DNA of 64,000 nucleotides from Thecamonas trahens ATCC 50062 (taxonomy: Eukaryota > Protista > Apusomonadida). The DNA lies in contig NW_013657660.1 of the NCBI RefSeq assembly GCF_000142905.1, positions 210,056 to 274,055 on the forward strand. Reading direction: 5' to 3'. Below the pieces are notes generated by a model that was not told the origin of the DNA, made no database searches, and saw only the letters and a list, made by a program, of their open reading frames with translations. A program made the position numbers and the translations under genes. Shown in pieces: positions 1-10,488 of the stretch. The first letter of the stretch is position 1, and each line of letters begins with the position of its first letter.

Positions 1-556
1 GGCCAAACCACTCGTTGTCAGTAAAGAAGGCCTGAGTCGGCGCGTCAGTCGGCGCCGAGGTCATGATGTACCACGGGATGACCACCGATCCGGCGGGCTT
101 GCCGGCCTTAGCCGCGGCAAGCGCCTGGACCTTGGCGATGCGCTCGGCCTGGAGCTGGAAGAGCGACTTGCCCGATGGCGCGCCGATGTCGTAGCATCCC
201 TTGGGCTGCGACGAGCCGAGGCGGGTCCCCTGCCCGCCGGCAAGCAGGACGGCCGCCACCTCGCCGGCAGCCACGGCGTCAAGCCCGCCAGCCCACCACG
301 TGTCGAGCTGGTCCTTGCCCACAGCATCCTCGGCCTCGATAGCATGCAGCGGCGCAATGGCCGACGGATCCGAAAACGTCTCCTCGCACGCCGCCATGGC
401 CCGCGAGTGGAACCGCGCCAGCACATCCAGATCCACCTCGGCCAGCTCGCCCGCCAGCGCTGCCTGCGCCTCACCATCGAGCGTGTCATAGAACCGCAGG
501 ACGTGGGCCTGCCCAGCCGCCTCGAAGCGGGTGCGAAGCTCAGTGATGTCTGCCAT
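1..556 (-). CDS. UAP1: UDP-N-acetylglucosamine pyrophosphorylase (5' part; runs off the window start)
   Basis: Not in the ORF track because no stop lies inside the window. My translation from the ATG at 556 gives MADITELRTRFEAAGQAHVLRFYD...VAAVLLAGGQGTRLGSSQPKGCYDIGAPSGKSLFQLQAERI...IPWYIMTS, which carries the UAP signature LAGGQGTRLG..PKG. Confidence 0.93.
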   Translation of the reverse strand, partial: MADITELRTRFEAAGQAHVLRFYDTLDGEAQAALAGELAEVDLDVLARFHSRAMAACEETFSDPSAIAPLHAIEAEDAVGKDQLDTWWAGGLDAVAAGEVAAVLLAGGQGTRLGSSQPKGCYDIGAPSGKSLFQLQAERIAKVQALAAAKAGKPAGSVVIPWYIMTSAPTDAPTQAFFTDNEWFG

Positions 557-784
557 GCTGTTCGTGCGTGTGTTGCGAAGAGAGGAGGGAGAGGAGGGGA
601 GAGAGAGAGAGGAGTGTCTGTACCAGCACCAGCTACTCTTTGCTGCCTCTCCCTCTCTCTCTCTCCGCTGTTCTGTCTGGCTGCGGGGAAACCCGAATTT
701 GTTCGGTCGCTCCCTCCCCTCCCCCTCCCGCCAGCCCACACAATCACGCGAGACAATTTTGTTCGGTGGAGAGCCGCGGGGGGA

Positions 785-1283
785 CTAGGATGCCGGGCCG
801 ACAAGAGCGGCGACCGTGTCAAACAGAGTCGACGCTTCGATGGGCTTGGAGATGAGGGCATCCATCTGGAGAACAGCCTTGAGCGTCTTGGGCAGGTTGA
901 AGCCATTGACGTCGGCCGAAGTGAAGATGAGCTTGACACCCTTGAGCGCCGGGTTGCAGCGGACAGTGAGGGCGAGGCCAAGGCCCGAGATAGAGTGGAC
1001 AAAGGCGTGATCGCCCATGGCCGGGAACTTTTCGTCGATGCAGAAGAGATCAAAGGCGGCGCCGGTGGCAAGAGCGGCCGAGGCGTCGGGCGGGGCGAGA
1101 GCCCGGACCACGGTGGCGCCAAACGACTCGAACGCGTCCGAGGTGGCGGCCAGTGACGCTTCGTTGGCGTCGGCGACAAGGACGCGGAAGACAGCGCGGC
1201 CCCAGTCGGCGATGGACGGGCCCGATGCCGACGCCGACGCCGAAGTCGGCGCCGCGGTCGACTCTGGCGCTCCGCGGGCCTCG

Positions 1284-1314
<31 letters not shown>

Positions 1315-2435
1315 CAGAGTCTGTGCCCGAGCCCGTGCCAGAGCCAGAGGTGACGGGCGTGACGGCCTTGGAGCCGTGGGCCGAGCTGGGCGCCGAAGAC
1401 GGCGTCGCGGGTTCGGCCAACACCGGCCCGGCCGACGGCAGCGGGACTGTGCCGACATCGTCGACGTCGCGGACAAACTCGTGCTCGAGCAGCTCGTGGA
1501 CTGAGGGGCGCTCGTCCGGGTTGATCATGAGGCAGCGCGAGAGAAAGTCTTGCGCGGCAGGCGAGATGTTGGTGGGGATGGCGACGGGCGTCTCGCGGTC
1601 CCAGTGCCTCACCAACGCCGCAAAGTTCTTGAGGTGCGGGTTGGGCGGCTTGCCCGAGAGCATCTCCAGCACTGTTGCGCCGAACGAGTAGATATCCGAC
1701 TTCATGCCGTAGCCCTTTTCCAGCACCACCTCGGGCGCCATCCACAGCGGGGTGCCCGTCACGGTGCCCGACATGTTCTCGCCCTGCGTCAGCTCTTCGA
1801 TCTCCTTGGAAGCGCCAAAGTCCGAGAGCTTGACAATGCCGTCGTTCGAGACAAGCACGTTGGCGCCCTTGATGTCGCGGTGCAGAATGTTGCACGAGTG
1901 CAGGTACGCGAGCCCCGTGAGGATCTGCCGCGCGTACACCTTCGTCAGGTCCTCCGGGAACGGGCCAAACTTGGAGAGCATTGACTCGACGGACCCGCCG
2001 GGCACATACTCCATAAACACAAACAGCACGTTGTCCTGAAAGTCCGTCCCCAGATACTTGACCACGTGCGGATGGTCGAGCTTGGACAGCAGCCGCACCT
2101 CCTTGATCACGTTGTTCACCCGCGACTTGTGCTCTGAAATGAGAATCTCCTTCACCGCCATCAGCTCGCCCGTATCGAGATGCAACCCGAGATAGACCGA
2201 ACAGAACGCGCCCTGGCCCAGCAAGTTGCCCTTCCGCCACCGGACCTTGGACACCGCCGTGAGGCCTGCAGAGCCCGACGCGCCTGCCGCGGCGGCTGCC
2301 TCGACCCCGCCCGTCTCCTTGGTCTCGTCGTCCTTGGCCTTGCGCTTCGACTTGGACTTGTGCTTGCTCTTCTCCTTCTCGCCATGGTGCTTGCTCTTCT
2401 TATGCTTCCGCTTCTTCTTCTCCTTCTCTTTCTCC
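785..2435 (-). CDS. STE11/MEKK-type MAP kinase kinase kinase with a C-terminal response-regulator receiver (REC) domain; last exon shown, upstream exon uncertain
   Basis: Kinase motifs WRKGNLLGQGAFCSVYLG, TGELMAVKEI, FMEYVPGGS, HRDIKGANVL, DFG and GTPLWMAPEV. The C-terminus reads FRVLVAD...FDLFCIDEKFP...IFTSA...DALISKP. The frame stays open upstream through a Lys-rich stretch to a TAG acceptor near 2436. A GTAAG donor near 2839 may supply exon 1 (ATG about 2960). Confidence 0.88.
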
Positions 2436-2483
2436 TATTTCCCACCGCACACACACACACACACACCAGCCACGCACCACAAC

Positions 2484-2532
2484 GAGTCAGCCACACAGTC
2501 AGCCACACAGTCAGCCACACAGTCAGCCACAC
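2484..2532. repeat. 12-bp tandem repeat (CAGTCAGCCACA, about 4 copies) in a probable intron
   Basis: gagtcagccacacagtcagccacacagtcagccacacagtcagccacac is directly visible, just after an (AC)n run. Confidence 0.85.
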
Positions 2533-3064
2533 CCACCACTGCCGCCCGCCCATAACCGGCTCTGGAGCAACCCCTCCCCTTCCCCTATGCTCCCATCCCA
2601 CCATCCATACTCCTACTCCCCACCATGCCCGCATCCACACCCACTCCCCCCTCCCTCCCACACCCACGCCCTCCCACACCCACGCCCTCCCCCAGCCAAG
2701 CCCAGCCGAGCCCAGCTCCAAAAAAGGCCTCCCAGTCTTCCCGCTGCTCGCCCCCCCCCCCTTACGTTTCCCGCCCCCTTCCTCCCTTGCACCCCCCCCC
2801 CCCCCTCCTCCTGCTCCACTGGCCCATCGAGCACCTTACCATCCTGCTCCTGCTCCTGCCCCTGAGCACCGTTGACGAGAGGTGCTGGCCGTACCCTTTC
2901 CCTGCTCCACACCCGCGCCCGCCTCGGAAGAAGGCCCCGTGCCGATCGATCACTCGGCATGCTGCCAGGCCGACCACTGCCACCACTGCACCACCGCCCC
3001 CACCCCCAACACACACACACACACACACATATATATATTTTATATATACCTCTCTCCCTCTCTC

Positions 3065-4741
3065 ATGGAGGCCTTGCAAACACGCAAGCGCCGCAGGGAG
3101 GAGCTTGGTCCGTCGGCCACGCCGTCAGCAGGCTCGTCGCCCTCGCCACGGACCTCGTCACAGGCCTCGCCCTCGCACCCAGCCGCGGCACGCCCTGTCA
3201 AGCGCGCGTGTCTGCTCCCGCAGTGGAAGCCAGGGTCAGTGGCACGAGCTGCAGTCGCTGCATCACCTCGAGCTACGGCGGCTAAGGTCCGTGTGCTGGT
3301 CGGCGAGGCAGTGGATGAGGTGCTGGCCATTGGCGAGACGGTCGTTCTGCCGGAGACGTCCGCCGGCCGCGGAGCAGCAGGCGCCACGGGCGGGCCGGTC
3401 CTCGGCCTCGCCTGGGCACCGCTGGAACCGGTAGTGGTGGCTGCAGTGGCGCCCGGAGGACTGGATCCGCCGGACGCGCCGATGAGTGCAGCCGCCAGCG
3501 CCGGCGCAGAGCTGCAGCTGTGGCGGGTGGGTGCGGTGAGCGCGAGCGGGGCCGAGAGCCTGGCGTGGGAGGCGACGGTGACGGTCGGCGGTGGCCCTGT
3601 CCGCGTCCTGGCGTTCTGCCCGTGTTCGGCCGGGCCGGGGCGGCTAGGTGTGCTGGCGACGGCGGGGAGCGATGGGCGGGTGAGGTTGTATGTGCTCCCG
3701 ACAGGGCTCACTGGCGAGGCCGCCCTCGAGCCGCTGGTGGAGATTGCGGTCGACGGTGTGGCGTTTACGTGTGTGGCATGGAGCGCGGCGTCGCTGTCAC
3801 TGGCGCTGCTGGCGCTGGGTGGGACGGACGGACGGATCTACGTGTACCAGATTCAGTCACTGTCCGAGGCTGCGGCGGCCGAGCCGCTGGTGGTCCTGCC
3901 CGGGCACGCGCAGGCAGTGATGGACCTCGACTGGGCGCCGCTGCAGTCGCCCGGCCTTGTAGCTGCGCGGTCGTTCCGATCTGGCGCACCGCTCCTAGCG
4001 TCGGCCGGATGGGATGGCGCCGTCAAGGTCTGGTCGCTGGCTGCGCCGCTGGAGGCGGCAGCGGTTGTGCAGCTCTCGTCGGTTCCCATCCGGACCATGC
4101 ACTGGCTTCCTGTGGTCCCGCCCAAGGCGAGCGGGGGCCGGGGGGCGGCAGCGGTGGCCGACGAGAGCATCGCCACGCTGCGGACTCAGATGCGGCTGAA
4201 GGATACATTTCTCTCGGGCGCCGGGCGGCACTTTGTGCCCGGCATGGCGGCGCAGCTGTCCGAGGCCTCGTCGCTGGGAATGGCGTCGCCGCTGCTGGTG
4301 GGCATAGAGAACGGATCCGTTCTCCTTGTTCACCTCGACTTTAGCGCCAAGAACTGGTCGCGCCAGTACAAGCACGATGCCGCTCTTGCCGAGCTGGCGG
4401 TCTCCGACGATGGCCTTGTGATGGCGCTGGCCGACTTTCGTGGGCGGACGGCGACGGTGGCGGGCGCGACGGCCGAGTCGGCCCGCGGCTGCGTCGCACA
4501 TCACGCTATCGCGAGCATTGTCGACACCGCCAGCAACTCTGTCCGCCTCGTCACTGGAGCCGCCGTCGCCCGCCTTTCCGTCCCGCTGCCTCCAACCCCG
4601 ATCTCCGTCGCCGAGTCTGCCAAATCGGTCGCCTTTGCCCCGACAGACCCGGACCAGCTCGGCGAGCCTCTGGCCGGGCACATGCTTGCCTCTGGCCTCG
4701 GTGCTGGCCTTCTTGTCATCCAGTGGCTGGCGCTGCCGTAA
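3065..4741 (+). CDS. GTF3C2: WD40-repeat protein, TFIIIC subunit 2 (GTF3C2/Tfc6)-like
   Basis: GGPVLGLAWAP, LQLWRV, VRVLAFCP..GRLGVLATAGSDGRVRLYVLP, GHAQAVMDLDWAP and LASAGWDGAVKVWSL. The RLGxLAxAxSDG block resembles GTF3C2 as I recall it. The ATG at 3065 follows a low-complexity intergenic stretch. Confidence 0.65.
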   Translation: MEALQTRKRRREELGPSATPSAGSSPSPRTSSQASPSHPAAARPVKRACLLPQWKPGSVARAAVAASPRATAAKVRVLVGEAVDEVLAIGETVVLPETSAGRGAAGATGGPVLGLAWAPLEPVVVAAVAPGGLDPPDAPMSAAASAGAELQLWRVGAVSASGAESLAWEATVTVGGGPVRVLAFCPCSAGPGRLGVLATAGSDGRVRLYVLPTGLTGEAALEPLVEIAVDGVAFTCVAWSAASLSLALLALGGTDGRIYVYQIQSLSEAAAAEPLVVLPGHAQAVMDLDWAPLQSPGLVAARSFRSGAPLLASAGWDGAVKVWSLAAPLEAAAVVQLSSVPIRTMHWLPVVPPKASGGRGAAAVADESIATLRTQMRLKDTFLSGAGRHFVPGMAAQLSEASSLGMASPLLVGIENGSVLLVHLDFSAKNWSRQYKHDAALAELAVSDDGLVMALADFRGRTATVAGATAESARGCVAHHAIASIVDTASNSVRLVTGAAVARLSVPLPPTPISVAESAKSVAFAPTDPDQLGEPLAGHMLASGLGAGLLVIQWLALP

Positions 4742-4939
4742 TTGACCGTCTTGGCCACATCATGAACAAACTCCCGGCCGATGTCTCTCTCTCTCTCTCC
4801 CCTCTCTCTCTGTGGCTGACGACCGGTTGAGCGACCAGCAGAGTGGTGGAGCAGGGCGAGCAAGAGCTTCGCTACGGCCAGGAGGGAAGGGGGCGGGACA
4901 GACGGCCTCAACCACACCCATCTCCAATACTACCCCACT

Positions 4940-6375
4940 ATGTTCCGGAGCCTCACCTCGACTGCTGCGCCGTCTGTGGCTGCTGCCACCGGCCAGGCCG
5001 CCCGCGGCTTTGCCGCAGCTGCCGCCGCCCGCCTCGACTTTGCTCTCTCCGAGGAGCAGCGGGCGCTGGACGACATGTCCAAGCAGTTTGCCCGCGAGGT
5101 CATCATCCCCGTGGCCGCCGAGCACGACCAGACCGGCGAGTACCCGTGGGAGGTTGTACGTTGGTGAAGGAAGGGGGGAGGGGGAGGGGGGGGGAGGGGG
5201 AGGGGGAGGGGGGGGGGGAGGAGAGGGAGACTCACTCTGCCGAAAACCAATGCGCAAACCGCCTCTGCCTGGCAATAACGCGACACACATATGCACCGCA
5301 CGACCGCTGCGTGTCACAGATCAAGCAGGCGCACGCGCTCGGTCTGATGAACCCGCACATTCCCGAGGCGTACGGCGGGCTTGGGCTCGGCGGCGTCGAG
5401 TCGTGCATCATTGCCGAGAACTTGGCGTACGGGTGCTCCGGCATCGGAACCGCCATCGAGGGCCCGGCGCTGGCCGAGGCGCCGATCATTGTGGGTGCGT
5501 CCGACGAGCAGAAGAAGAAGTACCTCGGCCGGATGACTGAGGAGCCGCTCATTGCCTCGTTTGCGGTGACTGAGCCCGGCGCAGGCTCGGATGTGGCCGG
5601 CGCCAAGACGACTGCGGTGAAGAAGGGTGACGACTGGGTCATCAACGGCTCCAAGATGTGGATCACCGGCGCCGGGCACGCCAACTGGATCTTTGTCCTC
5701 GCCCGTACCGATGCCAACGCCCGGACCGGTGCGGCCTTTACCGGCTTTATTGTCGATGGCGACACGCCTGGTGTCAACGTCGGCCGCAAGGAGGTGAACG
5801 TGGGCCAGCGCGCGTCGGACACCCGCGGCATCACCTTTGAGGACGTTGTCGTGCCTGACGCCAACCGCGTCGGCGCCGAGGGTTACGGCTTCAAGCTCGC
5901 CATGGCCGCCTTTGACATCACCCGCCCCGAGGTTGCATCGGGCGCGGTCGGCCTCGCTGACCGTGCCAAGGACGAGGCGCTTGCGTACTCGCTCGAGCGC
6001 AAGACCTTTGGCACCGAGATCTTCAACCACCAGGACGTCGCCTTCCGCATCGCCGACCTCGAGACCGGCGTCCAGCTCGGTCGCCTCATGGCCCGCCGCG
6101 CTGCCTGGGAGCTCGACCAGGGCCGCCCCTCGACCTACTACGCCTCCATGGCCAAGCGCCACGCCGGTGACCACGCCATGCACGCCGCATGCGAGGCTTG
6201 CTACATCTTTGGTGGCAACGGCTTCAACACCGAGTACCCCGTCGAGAAGCTCATGCGCGACGCCCGCATCTACTCCATCTACGAGGGCACCTCGGGCATC
6301 CAGCGGCTCAACGTCTCGCGCCTCATGCGCCGCGCTTTTGAGGCCGGTGCCAACCCCGGCGGCCCTGATGCCTAA
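4940..6375 (+). CDS. ACADM: Mitochondrial medium-chain acyl-CoA dehydrogenase (2 exons; intron 5156-5319)
   Basis: Transit-like N-terminus, then [30 protein letters not shown]|[25 protein letters not shown] and [29 protein letters not shown]. The GTACGT...CACAG intron joins the two frames cleanly. Confidence 0.93.
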
Positions 6376-6658
6376 CTCCCTCCTGCCCACCCGTACACCC
6401 ATCATTCATCAGTACACGCAGCACACGCAGCACACGCAGCACACGCAGTACTCGCATCGGTCACCCGAAAACTCGGCCGCCTCTCCAGGTCCGAGTGGCA
6501 ACCAGCCGCCGCCACCGCAGCCTTCCATTCTTTCCCAGCTGCCCACCCTCTCGCCACCACTTCACCCACCACCACCACACACACACGCACACACACGCAC
6601 ACACTCTCTCTCTCTCTCTCTCTCTCTCTCGTGCGCACACACACATCAAATACACACC

Positions 6659-7906
6659 ATGGCATCCACAGAGTCCAGGCTCCTCGCTACCGGCGGCGAC
6701 ACCGAAGCCTGTGCCGCCATTCTCCGCGACGCCGTCGCCGCCTCGGACGCCACCGCCCTGCACACCTTCATCGACTTCAGTAAGCCCATCGCCATGTCCC
6801 CATCCCTACCCCTACCCCATCCTACCCCTACCTCCTACCCCTCCACACTCACATCCCTCTCTCTCTCTCTCTCTCCAGTGACGTCGAACGACCGCCCGCC
6901 GGTGGTCCGGATCAACCTGGTCACAGTCTTCTCCAACGAGCTGGGTAAGGTCACCGACCGCCAGGTCCACGAGGCGGTGGCGAGTGCAGCACACGGCAAG
7001 CTGGCTGGGCAAGAGTCGTTTGTGGAGCAGCTGGGCAAGATCGCCAAGGACATGGCTGACCGGCTGCAGGCTGCAGAGCTGTGGAAGGAGACGGCGGTTT
7101 GGCTGGCCCGGGTGCCTATGGAGCGCATGCCTGCTGGCGACCGCTTTGTGCTCAACGTCAAGATTGCGCAGGTGTACCTGCAGATTCCCGACTCGATCTC
7201 GGCCGGCGCGTACCTCAATCGGGCGCTCAAGGACCAGGCGGCGTGCAAGGACGAGCAGTACTCGACCCTGTTCAACGTGTGCCGGGCGCAGGTCCTCGAC
7301 TACTCGGGCCAGTTCTACAAGGCTTTCAAGATGTACTACGACCTCTCGTGCCGGGGCCTCCTTGCCGAGGAGAAGATCCACTGCCTCCGCATGTCGGTCA
7401 TTTGCGCCGTGCTGGCCAAGGCCGGGCCCATGCGCTCGCGCGCGCTCGCGCTTATCTACAAGGACGAGCGCGCCAAGACCCTCGACTGCTTTTCCATTCT
7501 GGAGAAGATGTACCTACGCCGCATCCTGCGCCCCGAGGAGATCGAGGCATTCAAGGCCCAGCTCTCGCCGCACCACATCGCCAAGGGCCACGACGGCTCC
7601 ACCATTCTCGAGCGCGCCGTCCGTGAGCACAACGTCCAGGCCGTCGCCGGCCTCTATACCACCATCGCCTTTGCCCAGCTCGGCGCCATCCTCAACATCA
7701 CGCCCGAGGATGCCGAAGAAATCGTCGCTGAACTCATTTCGCGCGGCTCACTCTCGGGCTCCATCGACCAGGCCGCTGGCTTTGCCTCGTTCTCCTCCGA
7801 CTCGGCCCTCGACACCTGGGACTCGAGCATTGCCGCCATCTGCCAGGACGTTAACGCCATCATTGCCCCCATCGCTGAGCGTTTCCCCGAGTTCATCGAG
7901 TCATAA
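6659..7906 (+). CDS. COPS4: COP9 signalosome subunit 4 (probable intron 6780-6878)
   Basis: LAKAGPMRSRALALIYKDER, ILEKMYLRRIL, DGSTILERAVREHN and a C-terminal PCI domain. A 99-nt GTAAGC...CCAG intron has a CT-rich tract. Confidence 0.9.
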   Translation: MASTESRLLATGGDTEACAAILRDAVAASDATALHTFIDFSKPIAMSPSLPLPHPTPTSYPSTLTSLSLSLSPVTSNDRPPVVRINLVTVFSNELGKVTDRQVHEAVASAAHGKLAGQESFVEQLGKIAKDMADRLQAAELWKETAVWLARVPMERMPAGDRFVLNVKIAQVYLQIPDSISAGAYLNRALKDQAACKDEQYSTLFNVCRAQVLDYSGQFYKAFKMYYDLSCRGLLAEEKIHCLRMSVICAVLAKAGPMRSRALALIYKDERAKTLDCFSILEKMYLRRILRPEEIEAFKAQLSPHHIAKGHDGSTILERAVREHNVQAVAGLYTTIAFAQLGAILNITPEDAEEIVAELISRGSLSGSIDQAAGFASFSSDSALDTWDSSIAAICQDVNAIIAPIAERFPEFIES

Positions 7907-8121
7907 GCCCAAAACCGACGCACCAATCCCCACCGATCACCCTCCATCATCATCGCCTGCCCCCCCCCCACCCCCTCGCCCCGCTGTCGATCGTACTGCA
8001 GGTCGCAAGCGCCCACACTTCGGCCACCTCCCCCCACCACCACTCCAGCCCACGCCATCCCATCACCCCCACCCACCCCACCACCCACCACCCACCCCTT
8101 CAACCCCACGTCTCAATACAC

Positions 8122-10200
8122 ATGTCCACCGCGTGGTCACGCAAAGGCCGCGGCGAGGCCCAGTCGTGGGAGGCCCTAGGTGGGCGCGCCACGTCAGTGG
8201 AGCAGCTGACCTCGGGCCCCACGGGCTACCACCCTCCGCCGACCAACTCCGCCGCGGCGACCGGAGCGGGTGTGGGCATGGCGGCTGCAGCTATGCCCCA
8301 CCCTGCTCCCACGCCGGCGTCTCTGGCAGGGCCCGCTGCGCCCGGCCCCGCGCCCGCTGCACTCAACCCGTACCATTCGCAGCCTCAGCAGGTAGCGGGG
8401 CACGGCGAGCAGTGCCGGCACGGGCACTCGCACGGCGGTGGCGCGGGACACGGGCACTCGCATGGCAGTGCCGGAGCCGGTATGATGCCTGCACTGACCG
8501 GTTCGGACCGTGACCTGTTTGTGGCCTGTGGTGCCGGTAACCTCGACCTGGTCAAGCGGCTGGTGGCCATGGGCGGTGACGTGCGGTCGTTTGACGCCAA
8601 GGGCGCGACCGCGCTCCACTGGGCGGCGCTTAACAACCAGACAGCCGTGGTGCGGTATCTGCTGGCCGAGGGTGCGGATCCAAATGCGCCCAACTCGGTC
8701 TCGCTTCAGACGCCGCTCCACTGGGCCGCTATCCACGGCTACATGGACACGGTCAAGATCCTGCTCGATGAGGGCAAGGCCGACCTGGCCAAGTCGGACG
8801 CGCAGGGCTTCAACGCCCTTCACCACGCCGTGCAGTACGGGCAGACGCTCTGCGCCCACTTTCTCATCGAGCGTGGGCTCGACGTTGACTCGCGCGACGA
8901 CGCCCAGCACACGCCGCTCCTCTGGGCTGCCTACCGTGGGCACGCCGAGACCGCCCAGTATCTGCTCTCGCGCGGCGCCTCCATCCATGCCCAGGACGAG
9001 ACTGGATGCTCGGCGCTGCACTGGACCGCGCTCAAGAACCATCTCGAGGTGGCCAAAATTCTCGTCAAGGCTGGTGCCTCGCTCGAGCTCCGCGACGACT
9101 CGGACTGCACGCCCGAGGCGTGCGCTGTGGAGAAAAACCACACCACCCTCGCACAGTACCTCAACTGGGTCCGGGTTGCCGGCTCGGCCGACTCGGCCGA
9201 CGCCCTCATCGCCTCTTCATCCAAGACCGACAAGGCCGTGGTCTACGGCACCTTTGCCGCCCTCTTCCCAGCGCTCGGTGCTCTCCTCGGCTGGTTTTCG
9301 CTCCTCTCCGCGCTCGTGGTCTGCTTCCCACTCGTCGGCGGTCTCGTCTACCTGCTCCGCTCGCGGCTGACCACCGACAATCAGGACTTTGCCTACCTCG
9401 GCATCCTGCACTCGTCAGTCCTTGTCGGCTACTCGCTCTGGGTCCGGGTTGTCCTGCCGCTGGCGGCGCCGTCGATCTTCTCCTCAATCGCCATCCTTGT
9501 CCTCACCATTGTTGCCGGCACCGCGTACTGGCGGCTGGTGCGATCGGATCCGGGCTTTACTGCCGTTGCCGAGGACTTTGACTCGATGCTCGACGACGCC
9601 GCCGCTGGGCGGTCGTCGGGCGCCTTTTGCCGGCACTGCAAGACCCGCAAGCCGTTGCGCTCGGAGCACTGCCTCAAGTGCAAGCGGTGTGTCTCCAAGT
9701 ACTCGCACCACTGCCCGTGGGCAAACAACTGTGTCGGCGGCGGGAACCAAGGCGCGTCGCTCGCCTGCCTCCTCGCCGCCACCCTGCTCATGTATCTGTT
9801 CGAGGCCCAGACGCTGGTGGCGGTGACCAACTCGGCGCGTGGGCTCTCGATGTGGAACGTCTTTGGCCTCATCACCCACATGTACGCCCTCTCACCCTCG
9901 CTCTTTCTCGTCTTTGCTTGGGGCGTCATCAACACGCTCTGGATGACTCGCCTCTCGTACTCGACGCTCCTCTACCTGCGGACAGGGCTCACCATCCACG
10001 AGAACCTCACCCGCAAGGCGTATCTCTACGCCGGTCCCGGGCGGTCGTACGCCAACCCGTTTGATGGCGGCTCAATGCTCAACATCAAGCGGTTCTTTGG
10101 CCTCGCGCCTGAGCCGTACGACTGGAGCTCGCTCTACACCCTGCCAGGCTCGGAGCACAGCGCGACCGAGCGCTCAGGCTCGGGCTCTATGATGGCTTGA
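8122..10200 (+). CDS. Ankyrin-repeat palmitoyltransferase, Akr1/ZDHHC17-like, with a variant SHHC motif
   Basis: About 6 ankyrin repeats (TALHWAA, TPLHWAA, TPLLWAA), TM helices and the Cys-rich domain FCRHCKTRKPLRSEHCLKCKRCVSKYSHHCPWANNCVG, followed by GLTIHE and NPFD. Confidence 0.9.
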   Translation: MSTAWSRKGRGEAQSWEALGGRATSVEQLTSGPTGYHPPPTNSAAATGAGVGMAAAAMPHPAPTPASLAGPAAPGPAPAALNPYHSQPQQVAGHGEQCRHGHSHGGGAGHGHSHGSAGAGMMPALTGSDRDLFVACGAGNLDLVKRLVAMGGDVRSFDAKGATALHWAALNNQTAVVRYLLAEGADPNAPNSVSLQTPLHWAAIHGYMDTVKILLDEGKADLAKSDAQGFNALHHAVQYGQTLCAHFLIERGLDVDSRDDAQHTPLLWAAYRGHAETAQYLLSRGASIHAQDETGCSALHWTALKNHLEVAKILVKAGASLELRDDSDCTPEACAVEKNHTTLAQYLNWVRVAGSADSADALIASSSKTDKAVVYGTFAALFPALGALLGWFSLLSALVVCFPLVGGLVYLLRSRLTTDNQDFAYLGILHSSVLVGYSLWVRVVLPLAAPSIFSSIAILVLTIVAGTAYWRLVRSDPGFTAVAEDFDSMLDDAAAGRSSGAFCRHCKTRKPLRSEHCLKCKRCVSKYSHHCPWANNCVGGGNQGASLACLLAATLLMYLFEAQTLVAVTNSARGLSMWNVFGLITHMYALSPSLFLVFAWGVINTLWMTRLSYSTLLYLRTGLTIHENLTRKAYLYAGPGRSYANPFDGGSMLNIKRFFGLAPEPYDWSSLYTLPGSEHSATERSGSGSMMA

Positions 10201-10488
10201 CCCTTAGCGGCACAGTCGTTCGGGTGCGTTGTTACGCGCCTCAAAGTGAACAACACAGTACACATTAGACAGTATATGACCCAGCGAGTCCTCTCACTTG
10301 CCGGCCGATTGGCTTCGCAGGTCTGTGGCTTGAGGATTGGAGGTCCGCACGGCCGGGATGCCGCTCGCCGCGCGTGGCGCCCATGTGCAACATGTCCAAG
10401 CTGCCGTTGCGCTGACAGTACAGCCCACTACGACATCACCTGCACGTGTGCTCATGTTTATCGCCGCCCGGTGCTGTAGAGAACGCGG

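Noticed and set aside
61-1476. 471-aa ORF bridging the kinase and UAP1
   Set aside because: It is an out-of-frame shadow of two real genes, with the Arg/Pro/Ser-rich composition typical of high-GC alternative frames.
5837-6658. Long N-terminal extension of COPS4
   Set aside because: It overlaps ACADM in another frame and runs through microsatellites. The credible start is 6659.
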